DNA of 64,000 bases from an uncultured Pseudobdellovibrionaceae bacterium (GTDB lineage Bacteria > Bdellovibrionota > FAC87 > UBA2466): contig CAZZHG010000012.1 in the NCBI GenBank assembly GCA_964653655.1, forward strand, positions 1,116-65,115, given 5' to 3'. Positions 1 to 10,294 of the stretch are shown here, in pieces. Made by a program: the position numbers and the translations under genes. How positions within the stretch are numbered: the stretch's first letter is position 1; each line of letters opens with the position of its first letter. The notes under the pieces were generated by a model. That model ran no database searches, was not told the origin of the DNA, and worked only from the letters and a program-made list of their open reading frames with translations.

Positions 1-31
1 GCAGTTTTCTCAAACTGGGTACGGTGACCAC

Positions 32-694
32 GTGATCGGTTTCGTCCGCGGAAAAGTCCTTTCGAAATCCCTGACCAACACGACTTGCGTCGTGCTGGCG
101 GCGAACGTCGGCTACGAGCTGACGGTTTCGGCCCGGCTCTTTGAGGCGCTCCGCCTGGAGCAGGAAGTTTCCCTGTGGCTCCACACCCACGTACGGGAAG
201 ACATTCTCGCCCTCTACGGCTTTCCCTCCGACGAGGAAAAACAATTTTTCCGCGTTCTGCTTTCGGTGAACGGACTCGGCCCGAAGCACGCGCTGTCGCT
301 GCTCTCGGAGCACGGCTGGGAAAAGCTCGCGCACTACATTCTGACGAAAAACACGGCCGCCATCAGCGAAGCCCACGGCGTGGGCAAGACCCTCGCGCAG
401 AGAATCGTGCTCGATCTCTCGGCGAAGATGGAAAAGCTCGCTCTCATCAGCCAGCCGCTGACCGCGCCGATCACCGACCACGGGCCCATCAAGGATCTCG
501 AAGGCTCCCTGCGCGACGATCTGCTGTCGGCGCTCAGCCACTTGGGTTACCTGCCGAACCAGATCAAGGGCACTCTCGATCGTTTGTTCGATGACAAATC
601 CCTGGAGAAGCTCGGCTTCGAAGCTTCCCTGAAGCGCGCGCTCGCCGAGCTCTCCGGCCGCTCGCCCCAGTCGGAAGGAGCGCGCCATGTCTGA
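32..694 (+). CDS. ruvA: Holliday junction branch migration protein RuvA
   Basis: GTG start; MIGFVRG N-terminus, VGYEL, LYGF, HhH motifs VNGLGPK and [11 protein letters not shown]; overlaps the start of ruvB. Confidence 0.96.
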   Translation: MIGFVRGKVLSKSLTNTTCVVLAANVGYELTVSARLFEALRLEQEVSLWLHTHVREDILALYGFPSDEEKQFFRVLLSVNGLGPKHALSLLSEHGWEKLAHYILTKNTAAISEAHGVGKTLAQRIVLDLSAKMEKLALISQPLTAPITDHGPIKDLEGSLRDDLLSALSHLGYLPNQIKGTLDRLFDDKSLEKLGFEASLKRALAELSGRSPQSEGARHV

Positions 695-1745
695 TTTCGA
701 GCAGGAAACTCCCGTCGAAACCGATCGTTTCGTGGATCTCCGCCAGAAGAACGAGGACCTCCACGCGGATCACTCGCTGCGCCCGAAGAGCCTTTCCGAT
801 TTCATCGGCCAAACGGAGTTGAAGGAGAAGCTTTCCATCTTCCTCGGCGCCGCGAAGAACCGCTCGGAAGCCATCGACCACACTTTGTTTTGCGGCCCGC
901 CGGGACTCGGCAAGACGTCTCTCGCCCACGTGATGGCGCAGGAAATGGGCGTGAACATCGTCTCCACATCCGGCCCGGCTTTGGAGAAGTCCGGCGACCT
1001 CGCCGCCATCCTGACGAGCCTCAACGCGCGAGACATCCTCTTTATCGACGAGATCCACCGCCTGAACCGCGTCGTGGAAGAGTCTCTCTATCCGGCGCTG
1101 GAAGACTTCCATCTCGACATCGTGCTGGGCCAGGGCCCGAGCGCGCGCGTGATGAAGCTGAACCTTCCTCCGTTCACCTTGATCGGGGCGACGACCCGCG
1201 CGGGGCAACTCACCTCGCCGCTCATGGGCCGCTTCGGCATGATCCTCCGTCTCGACTACTACGAGCCGCCCGATCTGCAGATGATTCTCGTTCGCTCGGC
1301 CGGAATTTTGAAATGCCGAATCGACATGGACGGAGCGCTGGAAATCGCCCGCCGGTCCCGCGGCACGCCCCGCATCGCCAACCGGCTTCTCCGCCGGGTG
1401 CGCGATTACGCCGAAATGCGGGCGGACGGCGTCATCACCCGCAAGGTGGCGTCCGAAGGGCTTTCGATGCTCGAAGTCGATCACGTGGGACTCGATCAGA
1501 TGGACCGCCTTTTTCTGCGCACCGTCATCGAGAAGTTCGGTGGCGGCCCGGTCGGCATCGAAACGCTCGCGTCCGCCTTGAGCGAAGAGCGGGAGACTCT
1601 TGAAGATGTGTACGAGCCTTTTCTGCTTCAGCGCGGTTTCCTCAACCGCACGCCGAGAGGGCGCGTCGCGACGGAGCGGGCCTACCAGCACCTCAACCTG
1701 GAACCGCCCAAGCGTGGACTAGACCAGCAGCTGCCCATCTTTTAG
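687..1745 (+). CDS. ruvB: Holliday junction branch migration helicase RuvB
   Basis: LRPKSL..FIGQ, Walker [48 protein letters not shown]. Confidence 0.99.
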   Translation: MSDFEQETPVETDRFVDLRQKNEDLHADHSLRPKSLSDFIGQTELKEKLSIFLGAAKNRSEAIDHTLFCGPPGLGKTSLAHVMAQEMGVNIVSTSGPALEKSGDLAAILTSLNARDILFIDEIHRLNRVVEESLYPALEDFHLDIVLGQGPSARVMKLNLPPFTLIGATTRAGQLTSPLMGRFGMILRLDYYEPPDLQMILVRSAGILKCRIDMDGALEIARRSRGTPRIANRLLRRVRDYAEMRADGVITRKVASEGLSMLEVDHVGLDQMDRLFLRTVIEKFGGGPVGIETLASALSEERETLEDVYEPFLLQRGFLNRTPRGRVATERAYQHLNLEPPKRGLDQQLPIF

Positions 1746-1814
1746 GGTAGGCCCTGTTCCAGACCATGCTAAAATTACTTAACTAGGTCGGCGTCCGCCG
1801 TCCTTCTCCAGCCA

Positions 1815-3707
1815 ATGAACCGAAGCCTCAATATCAGCCTGCCGATGGCAGCGGCCGTCGCCATTTTCACCCTTGCGGGTCACGTCGGCCTGTTCCGCAT
1901 TCTCGGCTACCTTCCCGCCGTCGAATACTCGGCCCTTTTCCTGTGTGTGCTTTCCCAGACGATCGCTATCAGCTGCGCCCTCGTAGTTTTCGCCGGCTGC
2001 TTCACGGAGCGCTGGTCGGCCGCCGCCGCATGGTCCCTCGTGTCGGTGCTGGCGAGTTTCTTTCTGTGGGACAACCTAAGCTACCGATGGGTCGGCCTTC
2101 ATCTCGACGATACGATTCCCCTTCTCTACTGGTCGACGATAACCTCTTTCCGCGCGATGGAACGAAAGAGAAGCGCCGTGTGGATGGGAATCGGCGGAAT
2201 CACGGCCGGCACCGTGGTTCTGATCCTCGCTCTCGCCAAAGCCCACGGCACCCGATTCTTTCGCCCAATACCCGTGGCGCCGTTCGCGAAGATTGGGTTG
2301 TCGTCCCTGCTCGTTCTCGCCCTCGTCGAAGTTTCCTTTCCTAAAACCGTTTCCGAAGGTACCCGCGAGCGCCGGCGCCGTATCCTGCCGCTCCTGCCTC
2401 TACTGATTCCCGCCAAGTCCTCTCTCGTCACTCACCGCGCGAAATTCCAGCTGGAGATGCCCAACCCGGCCCAGGCTTCCATGGTGATCCGCGCTCTTAA
2501 CCCGCCGACGGCGGCCAAACGCCCCGACGTTTACCTTTTCGTCCTCGAGAGTTTCCGCGGCGACCACGTCACGCCCGAAGTGACTCCGAACCTCGTAGCT
2601 TTCGGAGCCGAGGCGCTCGGTACCGCACACGGGACGGCGAGCTCTAACTGTACCCACCTTTCCTGGTACTCCATCTTTCATTCGCGGCTACCTATTTTCT
2701 GGAGCGCCATCGCCCACCAGGCGGATCATCCGTATCAGTCGCTGCCAATCGCGGCTTTCCGGCAGGCGGGCTACCAGATCAAAGTGTTCGCTACGCCGAG
2801 CCTGAACTACTACGCCATCGGGGAGACTCTCTTCGGCCCGAACCGCGCACTCGCTTCCGAGATCTCCGATCAGAAAACCCATCTCGGAAAAGGGCTCAAT
2901 ACCATCGCGGCCATCGATCGCCACGTGATGGATCAGACGTTAGCGACCCTCGACGAAACAGGACCTCCCACCCTCCACTTGGTATTTCTGGACTCCACTC
3001 ACCACGATTACTTTTGGGGGGATCGTTTCGCCCCGCCCTTCAAACCCTTTCTGCCGCTCACGTCGCTCTTGACCGTGCGCTTGGACGAGAACGGCATCGG
3101 GCTTCTGAGGAACCGTTACAAGAACGCGGCCGCTTACCTCGACTCGCTGATGGGAGAGTTCTTCGCCAAGATGAAAAGCGGCGGGCGCGAAAGCATCGTG
3201 GCCATCACGAGCGATCACGGCGAGGAGCTCTTCGAAGCCGGCCACCTAACGCACGCCTCGGAGCTGAATCGGTATCAGCTCGAAGTGCCCATCCTCATTC
3301 GGCTGCCCGGACGCAAAGCGGCCGATGCCGGGCCCACGAAGGTAGCGAGCCATCTCGATCTCTTTCCGACTTTGCTCGATGCCGTCGGGATGTATGCGCC
3401 GATCGCTCCGTTACTCGATGGACGTTCGCTACTCCGGGAAGAGCCGGAACCCAGCGCCATCGCCGCCCAGTGCTCCAACTACACGCCGTACCTCTATCTG
3501 GTGGATGCGGGAGAGCACAAAGCGCTCATAGAGTTCGAGTCAATCGCCAAGTTCGACAGCCGAATCATCGGCCGGGACGCCGCCGTCACCCATCACTACG
3601 ACGCAAGCTTCAACGACGTTCAGCCGGGCCTTCCCCTGCATCCGAGTCTCTTCAAGGGAATGTCGAAACTCACCCCCGGATGGGAAAGAGTAATGCCCTC
3701 CAACTGA
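1815..3707 (+). CDS. Membrane-anchored alkaline-phosphatase-superfamily protein (sulfatase-like; YejM/LtaS type)
   Basis: About five N-terminal TM segments, then VLESFR, SSNCT, DSTHHDY, TSDHGEE, SHLDLFPTLL metal-site motifs. Confidence 0.8.
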   Translation: MNRSLNISLPMAAAVAIFTLAGHVGLFRILGYLPAVEYSALFLCVLSQTIAISCALVVFAGCFTERWSAAAAWSLVSVLASFFLWDNLSYRWVGLHLDDTIPLLYWSTITSFRAMERKRSAVWMGIGGITAGTVVLILALAKAHGTRFFRPIPVAPFAKIGLSSLLVLALVEVSFPKTVSEGTRERRRRILPLLPLLIPAKSSLVTHRAKFQLEMPNPAQASMVIRALNPPTAAKRPDVYLFVLESFRGDHVTPEVTPNLVAFGAEALGTAHGTASSNCTHLSWYSIFHSRLPIFWSAIAHQADHPYQSLPIAAFRQAGYQIKVFATPSLNYYAIGETLFGPNRALASEISDQKTHLGKGLNTIAAIDRHVMDQTLATLDETGPPTLHLVFLDSTHHDYFWGDRFAPPFKPFLPLTSLLTVRLDENGIGLLRNRYKNAAAYLDSLMGEFFAKMKSGGRESIVAITSDHGEELFEAGHLTHASELNRYQLEVPILIRLPGRKAADAGPTKVASHLDLFPTLLDAVGMYAPIAPLLDGRSLLREEPEPSAIAAQCSNYTPYLYLVDAGEHKALIEFESIAKFDSRIIGRDAAVTHHYDASFNDVQPGLPLHPSLFKGMSKLTPGWERVMPSN

Positions 3708-3715
3708 GAGATCTT

Positions 3716-4804
3716 ATGAAAAAGAAACTCGTACCGATCGCAGCCGGACTCGTGGTTCTCGTCGTCACCGCCGGCGCGGCCATCGTCGCCCTCGAAGTCG
3801 GCCTTCGGGTAAAAGAAAAGTTTCCCTCGATCAGCCGGACTCCGGCTCCCACCGGCTCGGCCGGCGTCCCGGGCCCTGAGATCGATCACCACCCCTACCT
3901 CCTTACCTACAGCCGGCCCAATCAGCACAGCGGCAATATGAACACCAATTCCGCCGGCTTCCGGGACACCCGGGAATTCCCGTTCAAGAAAGAGCCCGGA
4001 GTACGGCGAATTGCCCTGACGGGCGGCTCGACAGCGGTGGGCTTTCTCGCCAGCAATGATTCGACCACCATCGCCGGTCGTCTCGAGGAACTTCTCAACG
4101 CCAATTCGTCCAAGTGGCGCTACGAAGTCATGAATGCCTCCGCCTCGGCGTTGCAATCCCACCAGGAGCTGATCCTCCTGGCGCTCGAAGTTTTGCCGAG
4201 GCAGCCGGACATTGTCGTTTCCTTCTCCGGGGGCACCGACTTTTACGCCTCTCTGGATCCTAACTGGCGCAGAAACTACTCCGAGGCCTTACCGGTATTG
4301 GAAGCCTCGCTGAACCACTCCTGGACGAAACACCTTCGCCTGACCGAATTCCTGAAACAGAAGTTCAAGAAACCGGCCGGATCGCACCAGCCGGTGTTTC
4401 ATCCGGAGGCGCTGGAGCATTACGCCCGCAATGTATCCTACATGGCGAATCTCGTGACCGGTACCGGCGCTCGTTTTCTCTCCGTTCTTCAACCCAACAT
4501 CGTCATCTCGACAAAAAAACTCACCGCGCGGGAAATCGCGGGAGAAAAAAGCGTGGGTGCCCTGCCCGGCCACATCGGCGGATACAACGAGATCATGGGG
4601 AAACTATACGAAGGAGCCCGCAAGCAGATGGCTTCGGTCCGGCTTCCGAAGGGAGCCGCCTTCTTGGATGCATCGGACATGTTCGGCCGCGCCGAACCGA
4701 AGGACGAGTTGTTTCAGGATACCGTTCACCTCACGGACGAAGGCTATCGCCGGGCCGCCGTAATGATCCGCGACGAGCTCACCCGCCTTGGCTATCTGAA
4801 TTAA
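3716..4804 (+). CDS. SGNH/GDSL hydrolase family protein with N-terminal membrane anchor
   Basis: Start reassigned to ATG 3716 (MKKKLVPIAAG, 8 nt after upstream stop); motifs NSAGFRD, GGSTA, FSGGTD, DTVHLTDEG. Confidence 0.82.
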   Translation: MKKKLVPIAAGLVVLVVTAGAAIVALEVGLRVKEKFPSISRTPAPTGSAGVPGPEIDHHPYLLTYSRPNQHSGNMNTNSAGFRDTREFPFKKEPGVRRIALTGGSTAVGFLASNDSTTIAGRLEELLNANSSKWRYEVMNASASALQSHQELILLALEVLPRQPDIVVSFSGGTDFYASLDPNWRRNYSEALPVLEASLNHSWTKHLRLTEFLKQKFKKPAGSHQPVFHPEALEHYARNVSYMANLVTGTGARFLSVLQPNIVISTKKLTAREIAGEKSVGALPGHIGGYNEIMGKLYEGARKQMASVRLPKGAAFLDASDMFGRAEPKDELFQDTVHLTDEGYRRAAVMIRDELTRLGYLN

Positions 4805-5955
4805 TTGGACGCGAGCGTTCTGGGGATGGATTTAACCAGCTGAATCAGTTGCTGCTTGTCCCGCACGCCGTGGACGACGATCTCCACGCGCCGGTTCTGT
4901 TCCCACCCTGCGGCGGAATGCCGCTTGTCGATGGGCCTATCCTCGCCGAAACCCCGAGCCTGAAGCTTGGACGATTGAGCGCCCTGCCGAATGAACATCG
5001 CCCGGATGAAAGCGGCACGCCGCTGAGAAAGCCTCCGGTTGTACGGCGCCGAGCCCCGCTCGTCGGCGTGGCCGTCGATGCTGGCACGCTGCCAGTTGGC
5101 ATTGTGATCGGCGAGATAGCCGCCGAGCTGACGGAAGGTCATCTCCGACCCTTCCGATAGAGTCGTACGCGCCGTCAGAAAGTTCAAAGCCGTCGAGTAC
5201 GTCGTGATGATAAGGGTCGAAGCGCCCCGGCTTTCCACCCGGAAAGCCCCGTCATCGAATACCTTCACGCGAGGAGCGAACTCTTCCGGGTCTTCCCACG
5301 CCGTGCTCCGCTCGGGCTGAATGTCGGGCACATTCCTGGTGATCGGCTCGGGTTCGGGCTCGGGTTCCGGCGAAGGCTCCACGGCCGGCACCGGAGTCTC
5401 GTCCGATCCACCCGCGAAGATCCGCGTTCCGATTTGGAAGGTCACGCCTCCAACCCAATGCATCCGATTGACGATGTTGAGGTCGACGCCGCCGCGCACG
5501 CCGAAACGATAACGGGTTTTGTCGTCCCCCCACTCACGAATGAGCTGGCCGCCGAGATAGTAAGCGGTCTTCTGAGATGAGATGAGAAGCTCTCCCATGC
5601 CCACTTCGGACGACATGTGAAAAGCGAACCAAGGGCCGACCTGCCAGTACTCACCGAGGTTTATCCGGGGAGACACTTCGAAATAGAGGTTTCGTGTATT
5701 GATGCTGACCCGCCGGAAAGACGGGCCGCCCGCGACGTAATTGAAACGCCAGCCGATGGCCAAGTCCACCGTGAATTTCTCGAACTCCTGGGAGATGAGC
5801 CCCTTGATCCCGAGATCGAAGCCCAGCTTATCCACCTCATTCGGCACGTAGGTGGTTAGACCGGACATGCCCAGATCGATACCTCCGAAAAGATAGGTTT
5901 CGGCTTTGGCCGACAGGGCTCCGAGGATCAGCAGAATGCCGAGAAACTTACGCAT
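4801..5955 (-). CDS. OmpA-family outer membrane protein (beta-barrel, Pro/Glu linker, peptidoglycan-binding domain)
   Basis: Signal peptide, amphipathic beta-strands, PEPEPEPEP linker, IDGHADERG..YNRRLSQRRA, GFGEDRP, NRRVEI. Confidence 0.9.
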   Translation of the reverse strand: MRKFLGILLILGALSAKAETYLFGGIDLGMSGLTTYVPNEVDKLGFDLGIKGLISQEFEKFTVDLAIGWRFNYVAGGPSFRRVSINTRNLYFEVSPRINLGEYWQVGPWFAFHMSSEVGMGELLISSQKTAYYLGGQLIREWGDDKTRYRFGVRGGVDLNIVNRMHWVGGVTFQIGTRIFAGGSDETPVPAVEPSPEPEPEPEPITRNVPDIQPERSTAWEDPEEFAPRVKVFDDGAFRVESRGASTLIITTYSTALNFLTARTTLSEGSEMTFRQLGGYLADHNANWQRASIDGHADERGSAPYNRRLSQRRAAFIRAMFIRQGAQSSKLQARGFGEDRPIDKRHSAAGWEQNRRVEIVVHGVRDKQQLIQLVKSIPRTLASN

Positions 5956-5969
5956 CTGACTTCAGCGCC

Positions 5970-6569
5970 TCAGTAGTAAGAATAGTAGGAGTTGATGTGC
6001 ACGCTGTCGTAGATCGGCGTGCCGCCGTTGCAGTACAGGCTCGGGTTACGCGCCGACCGCACGGTGAAGGACAGCTGACGCTGGCCGGCCGTGTAGAAGG
6101 TGATCGCGAAGCTCGAGGGCAACGGATACGAAGGCGGCGTCTGCCAGACTTCTCCGCTATCCAGACGAACCACCTGAAGGGGCTCGTTGTTGTCCGCGTA
6201 GAAATCCCACTGCACGGGATAACCCATGTAGTAGTAGCCGCCCGAACGCTGCAGATAGCAGTTCAACGACGTCGGATACTGCGGATACGTGGTGCCCGGC
6301 GGATAGTACGGAGTGTTCAAATCCGTCTGAGGCGAATAGTTGGTGCCTCCCCCGTTCAAAGGCTGTTGGAAAATGTTGGGCGGAAGGTACTGTCCGCCGT
6401 TGTTCGGAACCACCGAGGGCGTGGTGCCCGTCGAGTTTTCCGTATCGACTTTTGTGGAACATCCTGACACCAGTACTGTCAGAGCGACAAAAATCGTCAA
6501 GTACCCGAGATAAGACGCTGAACCGAAAAGTGGACGCTTCGAACCCCTGCTATACAACGAGAATTTCAT
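5970..6569 (-). CDS. Putative lipoprotein, Tyr/Pro/Gln-rich
   Basis: Probable start MKFSLY at 6569; lipobox LVSGC after a hydrophobic stretch. Confidence 0.65.
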   Translation of the reverse strand: MKFSLYSRGSKRPLFGSASYLGYLTIFVALTVLVSGCSTKVDTENSTGTTPSVVPNNGGQYLPPNIFQQPLNGGGTNYSPQTDLNTPYYPPGTTYPQYPTSLNCYLQRSGGYYYMGYPVQWDFYADNNEPLQVVRLDSGEVWQTPPSYPLPSSFAITFYTAGQRQLSFTVRSARNPSLYCNGGTPIYDSVHINSYYSYY

Positions 6570-6668
6570 ACAGCTTCTACTCCGCAAATAGGATTACCCG
6601 GGAGAGAGTTTGCAAACGCGTTGCCAGCGGCGTGAATTCTCGCGGTGCTCGAGAATACCGACAGTATT

Positions 6669-6793
6669 CCCTCACTCATTCTCGATCTCATTCTCATTCT
6701 CGAATCTCATTCTCATTCTCGCTCTCAGATTTCTCCCACGCCTGGCTGGAAACTGAGAATGAGATCGAGAATGGGTCTTAGAATGAGTGAGGG
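6669..6793. repeat. Imperfect palindromic element built from CTCATT/GAGAAT hexamers
   Basis: CCCTCACTCATTCT (6669-6682) inverts AGAATGAGTGAGGG (6780-6793); 20-bp perfect inverted match 6677-6696 vs 6754-6773. Confidence 0.9.
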
Positions 6794-6794
6794 A

Positions 6795-7760
6795 CTAATA
6801 CAGCTGGATATCGATGGTACCGTCGGAGGTGATGGTTCCCCGGTATAGCCCATCGGAATGAAACGCGGAGGCGAAGTTGCCCTTGCGGTCGAGCACGATG
6901 ACCCCGCCCTCGCCGCCGGCGGGAACCACCTTATGATGGATGACTTCCTTCGCGGCGGCGGCGATGGCCATCTTCTTGTACTTCACGAGGGCGTTGATGT
7001 CGGAAGCCACGTGAAAGCGGATGAAGTACTCTCCAGTGCCGGTCGCGGAGACGGCGCAGCCCTCATTGTCCGCATAGGTGCCGGCGCCGATAATGGGGGA
7101 ATCCCCCATGCGGCCGGTCATCTTACCGGTGAGCCCACCCGTGGAAGTGCCGGCGAACAGATTGCCGTCCTTGTCCACGGCGATCGCCCCAACGGTTCCC
7201 CACTGACGCTTCGGAGCAAGCGAAGCCTTCTTCTTTAGATACGCTTGCAGCTCGTTCCATTGCCGATCGGTACGGAAGTAAGAAGGATCCACGATGTCGA
7301 GCCCCGCGTCCTTCGCGACCTGCTCGGCGCCCTTACCCGCGATGAGCACGTGCTTCGTGGTTTCCATCACGGCGCGCGCGGCGCGGATGGGATTTTTGAC
7401 GTTGGTCACTCCGGCGACCGCTCCGGCTTTCTTCGTTTTGCCTTCCATGATGGAAGCATCGAGCTCGTTCTTGCCCTCGCGGGTGAACACGGCGCCCTTG
7501 CCCGCGTTGAACTCCGAATCGTCTTCCAATACCCGGATGGCCGCCTCGATGGCGTCCAGGCCCGAACCGTTTTTCAGCTTTTCGAGGCCCGCCTTGAGGG
7601 CGTTAGTGAGCCCTTCGCGGATTTTCTTTTCCAGCTCGGCGGGAAACTCACTCTTCGGATAGCCGGTTCCGCCGTGAACGGCGAGGAGAATGGGCTTGGC
7701 CCCGGCCAACACGGTGGCCGGGACCATTCCCATGAGTACTAATGTGACAAAGGCTTTCAC
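6795..7760 (-). CDS. iaaA: Isoaspartyl peptidase / L-asparaginase (Ntn hydrolase), secreted
   Basis: AVHGG, LEDDSEFNAGKGAV, ELDASIM, nucleophile GTVGAIAVD, TSTGG, RMGDSPIIGAG, SATGTGE; signal peptide. Confidence 0.93.
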   Translation of the reverse strand: MKAFVTLVLMGMVPATVLAGAKPILLAVHGGTGYPKSEFPAELEKKIREGLTNALKAGLEKLKNGSGLDAIEAAIRVLEDDSEFNAGKGAVFTREGKNELDASIMEGKTKKAGAVAGVTNVKNPIRAARAVMETTKHVLIAGKGAEQVAKDAGLDIVDPSYFRTDRQWNELQAYLKKKASLAPKRQWGTVGAIAVDKDGNLFAGTSTGGLTGKMTGRMGDSPIIGAGTYADNEGCAVSATGTGEYFIRFHVASDINALVKYKKMAIAAAAKEVIHHKVVPAGGEGGVIVLDRKGNFASAFHSDGLYRGTITSDGTIDIQLY

Positions 7761-8101
7761 TGACAGCGAAGCGATTTGGCGATCGCAAGCTCGATCTTGC
7801 CGGGGCCGACGACGACTTTACCCTCGGGCGACTTCACGGCGACCGTGCGGACGTTGATGTCCAGCAAGCAGCGGCCCGTCTGAACGGAATAACGGCTGTA
7901 CTGAGCCGTGTAGCCGAGATAGCGAAGCGAATCGATCTGCCCCGTAGCGTACTGACGGAAGCGGGGATCGGTTACCGCGGTCTCGACACGCTGATCCGCA
8001 ACGATGGCGGTGAAAACGCGGTTGCGCTCGTGATACGGCGGAAGCGCGGCTTGAGCGAGGGAAGCGAAAAGAATTCCAGCGACTGCGAACGACTTGATCA
8101 T
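7757..8101 (-). CDS. Small secreted hypothetical protein
   Basis: GGAGG RBS before ATG 8101; signal peptide MIKSFAVAGILFASLAQA; GTGA overlap with iaaA. Confidence 0.75.
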   Translation of the reverse strand: MIKSFAVAGILFASLAQAALPPYHERNRVFTAIVADQRVETAVTDPRFRQYATGQIDSLRYLGYTAQYSRYSVQTGRCLLDINVRTVAVKSPEGKVVVGPGKIELAIAKSLRCQ

Positions 8102-8228
8102 GAGACCTCCATGTACTTGGGAAATAGCGACGGCTGACACCCCAGGCAAGAGCTAATAACACGGAGTGGTCCAACATTTGACCGTTTCTTTACTTTAGGA
8201 CCCCTCCCGGTTCCGGTATTCGAATTAC

Positions 8229-9824
8229 ATGCACGACAATTTTTCTCGACGGGATTTCCTGGCGTTCCTGGGACGGACCACGATTGGGGCCGAACTGGCC
8301 CTGACCGTGGCCGACGCCGCCTTCGCCGTAGCGGAACCGACGACGGCCTTCACGCCGATCGGTCCCGGCCAAAAGGACGAGTTGGTCATGGCGGAGGGAT
8401 TTCAGTACCACTCCATCCTGAAGTGGGGAGACAGACTCAACGAAAAGGGCGACGAGTTCGGCGCCAATAATGACTATCTGGCCTTTTTGCCCCTCAATCC
8501 GTCCCAACCCACGGATGGGCTTCTTTGGACGAACCACGAAGCCCCGACCCCGCTCTCGCTGATCAGCGGTTTTGAGAAGGGCGGCACGCGCACCGAGGCC
8601 CAAATCGCCGTGGAACAGCGGGCGGTCGGCGGCTCCATCGCCCGGATCCGCAAAAGCCGCGAAGGCCGGTGGGAGCTGGTGCAAAACGATCCCTTGAATC
8701 GCAGGATCTCGGCGCTCACCGAAATTCCCTTCGCCTGGCACGAGCCCATCGCGGACGCGAAAATAGGAGTGGGAACTCTCGGCAACTGCGCCGGCGGAGT
8801 TACCCCATGGGGGACGGTCCTCACCTGCGAGGAAAATTATCAGGACTACTACGGCGAAGTGGGCCGCGACGGAAAGCTCCTACCCGCGGAGTCCCAGTAC
8901 GGGTGGGAACGGTTTCAGAAGCGCGACCCCCGCCACTACGGCTGGGTCGTGGAAATCAACCCGCGCACGGGCGAAGCGAAGAAGCTCATCGCCCTGGGAA
9001 GATTTTCCCACGAGAGCGCGACAGTGGTCGCGGCGAAAGATGGACGCCTCGCCGTCTATATGGGCGACGACGCCGAGGACCGGTGCCTCTACAAGTTCGT
9101 TTCGGCGAAGCCAGGAAATCTGGAAACGGGAACTCTCTACGCCGCGGACACGAAGAATGGCCGCTGGCTCCCCCTAGATCGTGAGAAGAACGCCAAACTC
9201 AAAAAAGAGTTCGCGACGCAGACCGAACTTCTCATTCACACGCGCCTGGCCGCCGAGCTGGCCGGAGCGACGCCCCTTCACCGGCCGGAGGACGTCGCTG
9301 TCGATCCGATCACGGGAGCCGTCTACCTCGCGCTCACGAATTCCGCGAAACACGACGACCCATATGGTTCTCTCGTTAAGCTGCTCGAAAGGAAGAAGGA
9401 TCCCCTCGCGCTGGATTTCGAGTTCTCGACGTTTGCCGCCGGAGGCAAGACGACCGGCTTCGCCTCACCCGACAATCTGGAGTTCGATCGCAAGGGCAAT
9501 CTTTGGATGACGAGCGACATCTCCGGGAAAGTCCTAAATCAGGGGGCGTATGCTTCCTTCGCGAATAACTCGCTCTTCTACATTCCGACCCAGGGGAAAC
9601 TCGCGGGCAAAGCGCACCGGGTGGCCAACGCTCCGGTGGAAGCGGAGTTCACGGGACCGTGCTTTGCTCCCGACGGAGAAACCCTCTTCTTATCCGTGCA
9701 GCATCCGGGAGAACTCTCCCCCTCGAAGGAAAAACCGACGAGCCGATGGCCCGACGGCCCGGGAACGATGCCCCGTTCGGCGGTCGTCGCCGTCAGCGGC
9801 AAGACGCTCAAGACTCTCGTCTAA
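8229..9824 (+). CDS. phoX: PhoX-family alkaline phosphatase (DUF839), Tat-exported
   Basis: Tat motif SRRDFL; NNDYLAF, WTNHE, NCAGGVTPWGTVLTCEEN, LGRFSHE, YMGDD, RPED, SPDNL, EFTGP, SVQHPGE. Confidence 0.93.
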   Translation: MHDNFSRRDFLAFLGRTTIGAELALTVADAAFAVAEPTTAFTPIGPGQKDELVMAEGFQYHSILKWGDRLNEKGDEFGANNDYLAFLPLNPSQPTDGLLWTNHEAPTPLSLISGFEKGGTRTEAQIAVEQRAVGGSIARIRKSREGRWELVQNDPLNRRISALTEIPFAWHEPIADAKIGVGTLGNCAGGVTPWGTVLTCEENYQDYYGEVGRDGKLLPAESQYGWERFQKRDPRHYGWVVEINPRTGEAKKLIALGRFSHESATVVAAKDGRLAVYMGDDAEDRCLYKFVSAKPGNLETGTLYAADTKNGRWLPLDREKNAKLKKEFATQTELLIHTRLAAELAGATPLHRPEDVAVDPITGAVYLALTNSAKHDDPYGSLVKLLERKKDPLALDFEFSTFAAGGKTTGFASPDNLEFDRKGNLWMTSDISGKVLNQGAYASFANNSLFYIPTQGKLAGKAHRVANAPVEAEFTGPCFAPDGETLFLSVQHPGELSPSKEKPTSRWPDGPGTMPRSAVVAVSGKTLKTLV

Positions 9825-9850
9825 GGGGGAGCTTCTCGTTACAATAGCGC

Positions 9851-10294
9851 ATGCCCTCCAAGTACCGATGGGGCGCCTTCGCGCTTACCTTTTCTTCCGT
9901 GGCCTTGGCGCACGACGAAAGCTTCGCCATCGGTATGGTATCCGCCCCGGCGGCCTTCTTGGTTCACCTCGTGGTGCAGATTTTCTCCCGAGACCCCTCG
10001 GAAAAAAGGGCCGGCCTGTTTCGTCGCTTACTTATGGAGTTGTTCCGAATATTGGGAGTACCGGCCGCGGCAATTTTGAGCGTGGTCTTGCTGCAGGACT
10101 ATCTGCCTAAGATGGTGGACCTATACTCAGGGGCCCTGCTCTCCGGTCTGTTTTGCATCGCCTTTATTTTCCCGGACGGAACCCGCAGTCTGAAGCGGTG
10201 GCTGATCGTCTCCTTACCCTTTCCCGTCTCCTTCCAGGTGATCTGGATTGTTTTTTCCTACCAGTATTTCGGAAAGTGGTTCGAGTTCCGGTGA
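9851..10294 (+). CDS. Hypothetical integral membrane protein
   Basis: 147 aa with about five hydrophobic segments; fills the gap between phoX and plsC. Confidence 0.6.
   Translation: MPSKYRWGAFALTFSSVALAHDESFAIGMVSAPAAFLVHLVVQIFSRDPSEKRAGLFRRLLMELFRILGVPAAAILSVVLLQDYLPKMVDLYSGALLSGLFCIAFIFPDGTRSLKRWLIVSLPFPVSFQVIWIVFSYQYFGKWFEFR

Noticed and set aside
1-31. 3' end of ruvC at the window start
   Set aside because: Too little sequence to identify.
564-1691. Long antisense or alternative-frame ORFs (also 8190-8741, 14247-15194, 26215-28158, 31395-33023, 34025-36649, 47965-48936, 52748-53956, 56157-57368)
   Set aside because: They shadow well-supported genes, have Arg/Ala/Gly-skewed composition and no motifs; this is expected from high GC3 codon usage.
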